From assembly GCF_000372725.1 (NCBI RefSeq), contig NW_005201192.1:942758-1006757 (forward strand): a stretch of 64,000 nucleotides of DNA, in the 5' to 3' direction. Of the stretch, positions 53,970 to 64,000 are shown in pieces (the first letter of the stretch is position 1; every line of letters begins with the position of its first letter). Origin of the DNA: Emiliania huxleyi CCMP1516 (Eukaryota). The notes beneath the pieces are model-generated. The model was given only the letters and a program-made list of their open reading frames with translations, was not told the origin of the DNA and ran no database searches. Position numbers and translations under genes: made by a program.

Positions 53970-56900
53970 ATGTGGCCCATCCTCGTGGCGAGCACGGCCG
54001 TCAACCCCGCCGCCACGCTGTCGCCGGCAGGTCTGCGTGTTTGGCTCACCGAAGAGGGCGTCGCGATGCTCGAGCGGAGCCTGGCTCCCGTCCTCGGAAG
54101 CATCGTGTGCGCAGCGCCGGTACCACGCATCGCCCGCTCCTTCCCGGGCCTCGAGGTGACCGTCGACCACATGCGTCTCTTCGACTGCGAGACGGATGCG
54201 CTATCCCTGTCGCCGGCAGTCGCAGTCGAAGGCGACGTGCTCGCCATCCAAGTCGACGGCCTCTCGGCGCAGTTTATGGCAGACTACTGCTGGGGCACGG
54301 GGTGGGGGTGGGCCACGATATGGCAGTGCGGGCCCGTGGAGGGGACGCTCAAGAACGGGTCGTCCGCCAGCCTGACGCTCACTGCGCGGCGCGGTGAGCG
54401 CACCCGCCACTCGCTCGCATGCCACGCGCATACACCATGCTCATGCCATGCGCAACCGAGCAGGCGCCTCGGGCAGCCTCGAGCTGGGCGCGCGGGAGGT
54501 GTCGATCGTGCCGGACGTGGGCCACGTGGCGCTGCAGGTCGCGTTTGGACTCGGCGGCGCCTTTGACGGCCCTCCACCTAACTGCTGGACACACATCTGC
54601 ACTCTTCCGTTCCATCGAATACGCACGCCCAGTCTTGTGTAGTAGCATCCCTCGCATTCACGGCCGGATGCTCTGCCGATGGTACACTCGCACCCTGACC
54701 CCCGTGTACTCGCAGCGTAGGCCTCGGCGGGCTCAACGGCATCTTTGGCATCTTGCTCGGTCCGGTGGTGGGCGACAGGAGATTGACCCCGTTCTCTAGC
54801 GTTGCACACCACACTCGAGAGACGACACACTTTCGGATCCATCCCCACTGTGCTGTGTTGCAAATTAGCCGCTGTGCTCGTAGCCGCATGCGATGCCCCG
54901 AACACACTGCACGGCACTCGCACCGCACTTCCCTCCGCACTCGCACACTCAGGTGGGCGACTTGCTCGGCACCGTGCTCACCAACGCCACGGCGGCCCTC
55001 GCCGACGCCCCCTCCCGCCTGACGCTTCCCGACGTGACGGCGGAGGGCGGCCTGGTCCGGCCGACTCCGCTCACTCCGGAGGCGCTTCCGGCGGCGGCGC
55101 ACTCAACCTACCTCGACACGTCCCTCCTCTCCCTCGGCTGGATCAACGCGTCCAGCGGCGTTGGAGCGGCCCCGTCCAACCTCTTCTCGGTCGACATCCG
55201 CTGCTCGCTCAACGACTCGCGCGCCGCCGGCGCCGCGCCCGCCGACGCGCCGGGCGGCGGCGGCGGCGGCACGGAGGCGGCCCTCGCGGGCAAGGCTGCT
55301 CTGCGCCAGACAGCGGACGCCGGCTCGCCTCAGCAGCCTCCGCCCCGGCACGAGGGGTACATGGCGAGCGTCGCGCTCTCGTCGCTGCCCTTCTCCACCG
55401 CCATCGAGACGGCGCCTGCCGGCCGCTCATTGCGCCACTGCAGTCTTCAGCACCACCCTCACCCGCCGCCCGTAAGCTGCCTAGGCCCGCAAGCTCGGCC
55501 ACCTCACCTACCGCCTCTCCACCGCCACGCTGCTCTCTCCCACCCTGTGGCGCGGCGGGCACTACGGCCTCGACGCCGCCCTCTCCCCCTCCGTCTCCTT
55601 TGGCCCCGCCGAGTGGGCAGGCGGCGGCCCGGCCCGCGCGACCGCATCGGGCGGACGGTTCGCCGTCGACCTCACCGCCGCCCTCACCTCGGCCGGCGGA
55701 GCGGGCCTGAGCTCCACCCTCGTCGCGCACGCCTCCACCGTCGGCGGCGTCGCTTCGCGCGACGTGAGCGGCGAGTGGCGCGCGCGGTGGGCGGGCGTCT
55801 CGCGCGCTTCGGCGCAGCTCGGCGCGTGCGAGCCGTCGGAGGCGCGCGTCGCCGCGCTGGGCGACGGCGCCATCAGCGGCGAGGCTAGCTCGCCGCTGCT
55901 GCAGCTCTGGTGGCGGCCCGCGTCGGAGGTCGAGCTGCTCGCCTGCGAGGCGGCGGTCCTGTGCTCGCTCACGGGCCTGCCCGCGGCGGGCCCCGCCCCG
56001 TCCGCTCTCTCCTCCCTGGCGGCGCTCGACACGCTGCGGAGCGCCGCAGTCGCCGTGTCGGACGAGGCGGCGGCGCCCCTCACCGCGTGCGCCGCTGCTG
56101 CCGTCGCAAAGGGGGGGTCGCAGAGGCCGTCCGCCGCGCTCCGGTGCGCCGCCGCGGCGCTGCGGTCGCCGCTCGACGCCGCAGAGCCAAAGGCGGACCG
56201 TTCTCTGTCGGACTTGATGCTCGGAGACGCGCACGGTCTGTACGCCTCTGGCCGCGCCGCCGCGGCAGAGGCGACCGAGCACGGCGCGGCGGCGTTGGCG
56301 GCGATCGCCGCCGCGGACTGCTTGGGCGGCGGCACGCCCGGCGTCTCCCTGCGCGAGGGCGCCGGCGCCGGGGCCGACAACTTGCGCGCCATCGCCTCCC
56401 ACCTCGCGCCGCTCGGCCGGTGCGCGCTCGGCGCTGCCCGCGGGCCGCTTGACGACCTCGGCGCCGCGCTCGACTCCCTCTCGGGCGGCACCCCCGCCGC
56501 CGCCCTGGCGCGCGAGGCGCTGCTCCGCCCGTCGGACGAGCTCGCTTGCCTCGTCCACCAGCCGCCCGACGCGCCCGCCTCCTTTGCCGCGTCGCTCGAT
56601 TGCGCCCTCGCCGCCTCAGGCGAGCGCTGCCACACCCCCCTTCCCCCCCCCCCCCCTGCCCCACCCGCCCGCCCGCCCGCCAAGTCGCCTCGCTGCCCTC
56701 CCTCTCCCACCTGCCCCCGCCCCCTCCTCACTCACCTCCCCACCCCCCCTTGCCTGCCCCCCTTGCAGGCGGCCTGCTCGGCGCGCTGATGCCCGCGATG
56801 CGCAACCTCGCCGGCTCCGGCTGGGTGTCGTGGGCGAGTGCCATCACGCTGCCCGGCCTGCTGGAGGCGGCCCTGCCGGCCGAGGCAGTGGCCGAGCTCG

Positions 56901-58405
56901 ACGCCGGGATCGTCGCGCTCAGCCGCGCGTACGGCTGCGCCGCCAAGCTAGCCGCTGGCGAGGCGAGGACTCCTCCGAGATGCGAGATGCGAGATGCGCC
57001 CGAGATGCGCCCGAGATCTTGGTCGGGCTCGCTGCGGGAGGGTAGAGCCGAGCCGGCCGAGGGCCGAGCTCGGAGGACGCGTCCGTCACACGTCCACGAC
57101 CCGTCCTCGCAGGGGACGCCCACCGAGACGGCCGAGTGCGCGCTGGCGGCGGTCGAGGGCCGCCTGTCGACTTGGGCGCCGCCGCTGCTCGAGGCGTTCC
57201 TCGCCGGCTTCCCCCTCGACGGCATCGCCGACAAGCTCTACGCCGACGTGTCCGCCGCCGCCGCCGCCACGCCCGCCGCCGCCGCCGCGCTGCGCTGCGC
57301 CTCCAAAGGCCTGAAGCGCGAGGCGACGGCGGGCAGCACGCTCGAGTGCGCCGCAAAGGCGGTCGGACCGCCGCTGGACGCCCAGCTCCCCACCACGGCC
57401 GACGCGCTCTCGCTGCTCCTGCCGGCCGGCTCGCTCGGCCCGCTCGCGGCGCTGCTCGGCGGCAAGCAGCCGCCGACGCTGCAGGCGCTGCTGCGGGCGG
57501 TGAGCGGCGTGCTGGCGCAGCGGCCCGCAATCAGCGTGCAGAGTTCGCTCGACGGGCTCCTCTCCTCGTCCGGCGGCTACGCGCACAGCAGCACGGGCCT
57601 GCTCGCCGTCTCGGCCCTCTCCCAGGCCGCGTGGGCGACCGTCGCAAACATCTCCATCGAGACTGCGGCCGGCCCGGGCGGCAAGGAGTGGCCCCTCTCC
57701 CAGCTGCTTGCCCGCGCCTCAGAGGCCGTCGCTGGCGGGGCGACGCTGACTGCGCGCGCGACGGGCGCCGACTGGCGCGCCGAGGCGCACGCCGCGCAAC
57801 GTGAGGCGGGCTTCTCCTTCTCGCCGCCCGCCGACGTCAAGCTCGAGCCGGACTGGTGGCCGTTTCGGCTCGGCGCGACGTCGGGCGAGCAGGGCGTCGC
57901 CGTGAGCTTCGGCTGGCGGCCGCGCGCGGCGGAGCTGCTCGATCTCCTCCCCGTCCTCCCCGCCGCCGTCGCCGCCGCCCCCTTTACGCTCCGCCGCGCC
58001 ATCGCGTCGGGGGAGGCTGGCGCCCTCGTCGCGTCGGCGGACGTGGACGTGGACGGCGGCTGGCTGCTCAATCTTCTAGCCTACTTGTTCAAGGGGTGGC
58101 CGCCTCCCCCGGCGCCACCGGCGGCGCCGCCCTCCCCGCCGCTCCCTCCCCCTCCCCCTCCACCACCTCCGCCGCCTCCTCCGCCGCTTCCGCCGGCGCC
58201 GTCCCCGTTCCCGCCCGGCGCGGTCTATGTCTTCCACGGCGCGCCCTCGTCGCTGTCGGACGGCAGCGGCAGCGCAGAACACTCTGGCGGCTCGAGCGCA
58301 ACGCTGCTCGGCGCCGGCCTGGCGATGGGCGCCGTCGGCGGCATCGGATTTGGCGTCGCGCGCAGGCTGCGCGCGCCGGTGGCGGGAGGAGTCCAGCTTA
58401 TTTGA
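53970..58405 (+). CDS. Large secreted or membrane-anchored protein with a BPI/LBP (TULIP)-like N-terminus, multi-exon
   Basis: Leader then PAGLRVWLTEEGVAML (BPI-like start); C-terminal polyproline and TM LLGAGLAMGAVGGIGFGVA followed by RR. Confidence 0.55.
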
Positions 58406-59373
58406 GAGACCTATCCGCCGCCGGCAGGTTCACGGGGCGGAAGGAATGGGAGCGGGTTGGGATTGACAGCCTGTGGACTATGGGAACGCGTGGGCCCGCA
58501 CTGCCCTCGCTGCGCCGATGGGACTGATCTCTGTGTCGATATGGGTGGGTGCACTCTCTTGGCGACCCCTGGGGCATGGCGCGCATGTGGAGAGTTACAC
58601 ACACACACACAACTGCCTGTGAGGTACGCACATGCAGCGTTGTCGATGTCGGTGCTGATAACCTGAGGATATATTGAGTACTGTTACTGACTGTCGGTTT
58701 CACGCTTTCGTCGCCCAGAGCGGCCGTGCCGACAGCGCACGGCCGCTCTCGGCTCTGCCTCAGTGGCGTGCGGCTTGGGCCAACTGGAGGTCGCTCTCCG
58801 ACCTCGCTCGCCGAGCTCACAACCCGGCGCGAGCCGCATTGAGTGGAAGTTCGACTTCAGCTGCCGCGAGTGGATGGACTGCCTTGTCGAGTGCAAGCAG
58901 TTGGGCTCCGCCGGGAGAGCACGTGGTGCAACATGTTCTCTGGGCGCCAGCAGACGCGAGCGCGCGAGCGCGTGTTGAACCGGACGCTCCAGAGCAACAC
59001 TCAAGATACACTCGAAGGGGGTACACGTTTTCTTTTCGGGTTTCGTGGGTTCCTAGTGCACTTGGAACCGACGAAACCGAAGACGGTTGGCCCCGGGGTG
59101 GTTTCACTGCGTACTAACACAACGGTATATACAGCACCGAGCGCGTTTGCTTGGGCGCGCACGTGTTGTATGCTCGGGCGGTGCACGTCATCATCAATGA
59201 TCAAGCTGAGCTGACCTGTGCGTGTGGCGTGGTGGGCCGCGGCGCTTGTGCGTTGTGGAGCAACATACGTGATGTGACGTTACGTGTCACAACACATCAG
59301 CGCACACGCACGAGGGAACCTCTTAGCAGCAGCAAAAGCCCCCCACCCGCCACCCGTGGACCCAAACTGCGCG

Positions 59374-60200
59374 TCAAAGCCATTGGAACAGCCGCCACCG
59401 TGCCGAGCGTGGGGGCAGCGGCGGCGGCGGCGGCGGCGGCGGGACCAACAGCTTGAACGTCTCGCCCAGCTCCGTTGCGGAGTGCGCGTTCATCTTCGAG
59501 GACGGGTTCAGCACGTGCGGCTGCTGTGCGCTGCCTGAGATGTAGCAGAAGTCGAGTAGCCCCTCAACGGGCGGGCATCCGGCAGGAAGGTCCTTAGCGG
59601 CCTGCGGGTCGTTGCCGGAGCGCATGGTGCAGATGAGCAGCGAGCCGCCCGGCGCCACCATCGTGCGGCACAGCTCCACCTCGTCGTACTTGACGACCCC
59701 GTCGGCGAGGCGCGGGCCGCTAGGCTTGACAAAGAGGACGACCAACGGGTACGTGTGTTCCGGCTCGGCAGAGACGAACCGCTCCGCTGGGATCCCAGAG
59801 CGGGTCGCCACACCGTCGATGACAGCCTGGAACTTGGAAGCCGTCGTGCCGCTCTGCACGTGGTAGGCGCCGGTGTGCGGGTTGGTGGTCGCCGCCTGCC
59901 CCAGCTCCTTTTGCTTGATCTCCAGCTCGAGCTTCTCCAGCTCTTCCCGCATCGCCTCGTTGCGCTCGAACTCGATCACAACCTCGTTTGCGCGCTTGAG
60001 CACATCCGCCTCCCTCAGCTCAACCTGCTTCAGCTGGTTGGCGAGCTCGACCTCACGCATCGCGAGGCTCGCTAGGCGAGAGGAGAGCTTCTCCTTGCGT
60101 GAGATGAGGATGGCCTCCTTTCGGTCAATGGCCGCGAGCTTGTCGCTGAGCGTCTGCTCTCCTGCATCGAGAGCCCGCTCTCGGGCCTCATGCTGGCAAA
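59374..60200 (-). CDS. Hypothetical coiled-coil protein with a globular C-terminus; 5' end unresolved
   Basis: Heptad E/K/L-rich stretch followed by YPLVVLFVKPSGPRL...LLICTMRSG. Confidence 0.5.
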
Positions 60201-61362
60201 CCGTACTACTGAGTAAGCCCTGCTTGCCCCCCCCCCCCCCCCCGCCCGCCCTCTGTTGACCCCCCCTGCCCCTCTCCCCCCCCCCCCTGGCCGCGGCGCC
60301 GCTTGAGATAGACCATGTAACCCCTGCCTACTCTCGCAGGTGCGAGGGGAACTGAAATAAGACAATGGGCTTGCCCATCCCGGAGTGGTTCGACCCCACA
60401 CAAACCCGGAGGGGTGATGGGATGCTGTCGCGGCGGTCTCAGGCCCAGTGAGGTAGTGCGCCAGACTATCCCAGATCCTGCTGAACAAGAAGCTCCTCTT
60501 GTAGCTCGATCGGTCACACCGCCATCGCCGTCGGGGAGAGGGGGGACGACACTGCTTCGGCAGCGTGCACCTCGATCCTGTACCGTGTTTGTTATGACCC
60601 CCCCCAATGAACACACCAGTGAGGGTGGGCGAGACGATCGAGGGGTCCCGTACCACGCGGAACCGACCCTATCCAGTGCTCAAGTGCTCAAGTAAGCCGA
60701 CAGAGGAAGGGGGCTCCGAAAGGCCGCGCATGCCCTCGCATGCCGGGCGAATAGGCAGGTCACAGACCTCCCCCTTCCCGATGAACGTGGTTCATGATGG
60801 GTGTTCTGTTCATAACGCTACTTCCTTGTACTTGTAACCACGATCGATGCGAGGACGCAAGTCCACCAACCTCGGCCATTCCATCGGCCAGACCGCTCGC
60901 TTAAGGCTGATCGGCTAGACGAGCGGTCTACCCCCGACGGGGCGGTCTGGATCACGGGGGATGACATCCTGCCTCCCGGCACGCCGGGAGGAGGTGGGTG
61001 CTCTGCCGCCGGACCCCCCCCCTCCATCACCCTCGCCCAGGGATCTACAATGCTGTCTTAAGGTCCGACAGGTTCGGCACCGGGCACCGCCTCGGTATAG
61101 AAAATGCGCCTGCGGGCGGACCCTTACAGATCACAGATCACAGTTGTACTAAACAGAGCTTGGCAACCTTGGTTTCACGACCGTGAAATCAAGTACGTAT
61201 CGCAAGAACGTGGGCGGAAATGCCCCCAGCCCACACGCCCTTGCTGACGACACGCTAGCGACCCTCGCGTACGTGCGCCTCAGCTCAACCACGGACGTAC
61301 TTCGACACTACGTACGTACTGTCAAAACAGGGACGTACATACATGCAAGTACGACCTTATCC

Positions 61363-61833
61363 TCAAATTTTCTCTTCGGCTCGCTCCGCTCGCTTCGGTG
61401 CGCAAGAGCCGGGCCTCGCACGCCGGACGCCGGCGGCTCCTGGCCCTAATCCTGGCCCTAATCTACGCAGAGAAACGGCCGCCCTCGGCCCAAACGTATC
61501 CTGGCCGTTCACCAGCGGCGCGTTCTCGTCCGCGACCTCCTCGGTCATGCCTTCGGTGTCGCAGTGGTCGGTCGTGGTCCCACCGTCGGTCGTCATGCCA
61601 AGCGCGACGCGCTCCTTGTGAGCCGCGAGCCACGCTGCGATTGATGCGTCCGCGCGCTCATTCGCTTCGTCCAGACGCTTGTTGAAGTCTGCCGCCACCT
61701 TCTGCCACTGCCGCTGCCGATGCGCCCGCAGCCGCTGCACAGTCTCGTCAGCCAGCAGCGTCTTCGACTGGCGGTCCTCAATCATGGCCGCCTGCATCCG
61801 CAAGAACCAAGCAGACGCTCGAGGGCCAGACAT
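61363..61833 (-). CDS. Hypothetical helical protein; doubtful
   Basis: ORF with protein-like composition and no recognised motif, in a repeat-rich region. Confidence 0.25.
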   Translation of the reverse strand: MSGPRASAWFLRMQAAMIEDRQSKTLLADETVQRLRAHRQRQWQKVAADFNKRLDEANERADASIAAWLAAHKERVALGMTTDGGTTTDHCDTEGMTEEVADENAPLVNGQDTFGPRAAVSLRRLGPGLGPGAAGVRRARPGSCAPKRAERAEEKI

Positions 61834-61947
61834 GGTTGGCAAACTGCGTCGCTCGAAGACACGGTCGTGATTGTACGGTCTTGCGAAAAAGAATTTTACA
61901 CGGGCCGTGCGAAAAAGAAATTAGTCCCCCTTGGAGCACTTGTTCAG

Positions 61948-63190
61948 ATGTACACAAAAAGGGCCCCCCGGGGGGACCCCCCCCACCCACCCACGTGGAG
62001 CTGGAGTGGCCCCCCCCCCCCCCCCCCACCCACGAATGACTGGTCCTGGTGGTGCAACTGGGAGTCTTCTGCGCAGTATCCCCCAGATTCTTTCAACTGT
62101 GAGTGGCCGAATGTCTGCGACGATCAAATAGCCAGCGGCCGGTGGTTACGTCAGACAGGCAACACGCCGTGCTCGCCATATTGGCAGCACAAGCAGTGCC
62201 AACTGACGGGGCCACATGGGGACCACACAAGCGTCAACGGTTTCTTCATCTACCCGCAGAGCGACACCCAGGACCAGACAAGGCACTCGCAGGAGTGCCG
62301 CGTTCTCGCTCACTGGCCAGGCCTCTCTCTCCTTCTTCTATCACATGTTTGGCGCCGAGATGGGGTCTCTCTCGCTCATGGCGTACGACGGCAGCGAGTG
62401 GTCGCCGCTGTGGAGCAGGAGCGGCGACCAGGGAGTCGAGTGGCGCAACGCTGTTGTCCTTATCCCCGACACGACAACTAGGCTTCGCTTCGACGGACTG
62501 GTCTCTGGCGAGTATTCGGACATGGCGCTGGACGACATATCGTTTACGCCCCTGGCTAGCCCGTGGCCCCCTCCTTCGAATCCGCCTCTACCACCGATGC
62601 CCCCAATGCTGCCCGCTCCACCATCGCCCCCACCCCCGCCTTCGCCTGCGCCCTCGCCGCCGTACACCTGCGTTGACGCAGAGAGCACCGGAATCATGTT
62701 CAGCAACGGGAACGAAGCCAGCTGCTCCTGGCTCAGCGACAACGGCTATTGTGGTTCCGTCCTCACTCAGGGTTCTGTCGCGGGTGGGCCCACCGTCGCC
62801 ATCATGGACGTGTGCACGCTCACTTGCGGTGGCTGTCCGCCGTCGCCACCGCCACTGCCGTCGCCACCGCCACCGCCACCGCCACCACCACCACCGCCAC
62901 TACCGCCACCACCGTCGCCGCCACCGCCGCCACCGCCACCGCCACCGCCGCTGCCGCCGCCGCCTCCGCCACCACCGCCACCACCGCCACCACCGCCGCT
63001 GCCGCCGCCGCCGCCACCGCTGCCGCCACCACCATTAGCACCACCAAAACCGTCGCCCTCTTTATATGTCATTCCGATCGTAGCTACAGCCAGTGGCGTT
63101 GCTCTCACGTCTCTCGGGTGTGCCGCCATCTGGTGCATCTGGGGTCGCAAACGCGGCAAGCGCAGTACCGGCGCCCAGTTACGGAGCTGA
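61948..63190 (+). CDS. MAM-domain type I membrane protein with polyproline stalks and an ShK-like Cys module; frame break near 62290
   Basis: WLRQTGNTP...TGPHGDHT...GFFIY, then LSFFYHMFGAEMGSL, WSRSGDQGVEW, MALDDISF; CVD...C...YC...CTLTCGGC; TM followed by RKRGKR. Confidence 0.75.
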
Positions 63191-63711
63191 GCGCATGAGG
63201 GACTTGACGTGTTTGTTGCGTTTGCTTGCATGCATGCATTCATGTGAGATCTATCTAACTATGAGGTGAGGAGGAAGGTGAAGAACAGCCTGGCTCGGAC
63301 TGGACACCAGCGCGAATGATTATTCAAAGAAATCTGATGTGAATTCGGACGGACGGAAAAACACCCCCCTTTTATGCCTGACCCTAGCCAAGGATACACA
63401 GTCCCTCGTGTCGCGCGTGTAAGTCCCGGTTGCCGTGCGCGCCAGCGCGTGTGGCCGCGTACCTTAGCTAAGACGATACGCGCACAGTCAGACCAACGAC
63501 TGGGACACCAACGCGGTATGGGTGGCGCCTGTGTGTGACCAGCCCCAACCCCGACAAGCGTTGGCCCAGGCCCCAATTTTATCGAATTTATTTCAAAATC
63601 TGCAGGCGCGGAGCGCCTGCGAAAATTTTGAAGAAATTTGCAGTCGGGCCTGATTTTCATCAAGATCTTTCAAATTTGCGGTGTGGAGTTTTGGGGGGTC
63701 GGGGTGGGTGG

Positions 63712-63781
63712 CTAGGGTTAGGGTTATTCGGGGTTAGAGGGTTAGGGTTAGGGTTAGGGTTAGGGTTAGGGTCAGGGTTAG
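63712..63781 (+). repeat. Interstitial telomeric (TTAGGG)n tract, partly degenerate
   Basis: About 11 units with non-telomeric sequence on both sides. Confidence 0.9.
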
Positions 63782-64000
63782 TCTTGTTGTGTCTGTATAT
63801 GCCAGCGTTGCAGGGTTCTGCGCTGGGTTCTGGCCCCAGCGCCTCTCTCTTGGTAACTGTGCGGAAAAAGTGTGTGTGTGTGTGGGGGGGGGGGCATGGT
63901 CCTGTGACCGCCCAAGACGAGCCCACCCATGTACCCCCAAGCAGGTCTGCCAGCAGCGAGCGAGCAGGCGCGAGGCGGGGGGGTATGGTCGGTTGATCTG

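Noticed and set aside
60890..60950. 10-bp inverted repeats as a structured RNA
   Set aside because: Short GC-rich stems with no recognisable family; could be chance.
63712..63781. Functional chromosome end
   Set aside because: Short, degenerate and followed by non-telomeric sequence.

Overview
High-GC, intron-rich eukaryotic DNA. Frequent GC-AG introns, 10-11 bp intronic minisatellites, TTAGGG tracts and signal/transit-like leaders point to a haptophyte, most likely Emiliania (Gephyrocapsa) huxleyi; this is an inference. Recognisable genes are a SIRT6/7-class sirtuin, a large PqiA-domain membrane protein, an ABCB/MDR transporter, RPL10, a NIPA Mg transporter, a half sulfatase, a thioredoxin-EF-hand protein, a plastid kinase-like protein, histone H4 with a 3' stem-loop, an ankyrin-RING E3, OTU and USP deubiquitinases, a 2OG-Fe(II)-like oxygenase, a His/Cys-rich metal-binding protein, a BPI/LBP-like protein and a MAM-domain surface protein. 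TIR elements and truncated LINEs lie between them. Most unusual observations: (1) introns whose 5' end copies the start of the next exon (up to 17 bp), suggesting intron birth by duplication; (2) a repeat-spacer-repeat array made of two retroelement 3' ends at one 13-bp target; (3) an ABCB gene whose two NBDs are nearly identical in DNA; (4) a thioredoxin-EF-hand protein in the reverse order of calredoxin; (5) a CPP-motif domain fused to a His/Cys tail. Exon boundaries and family calls were made by eye with no database search.
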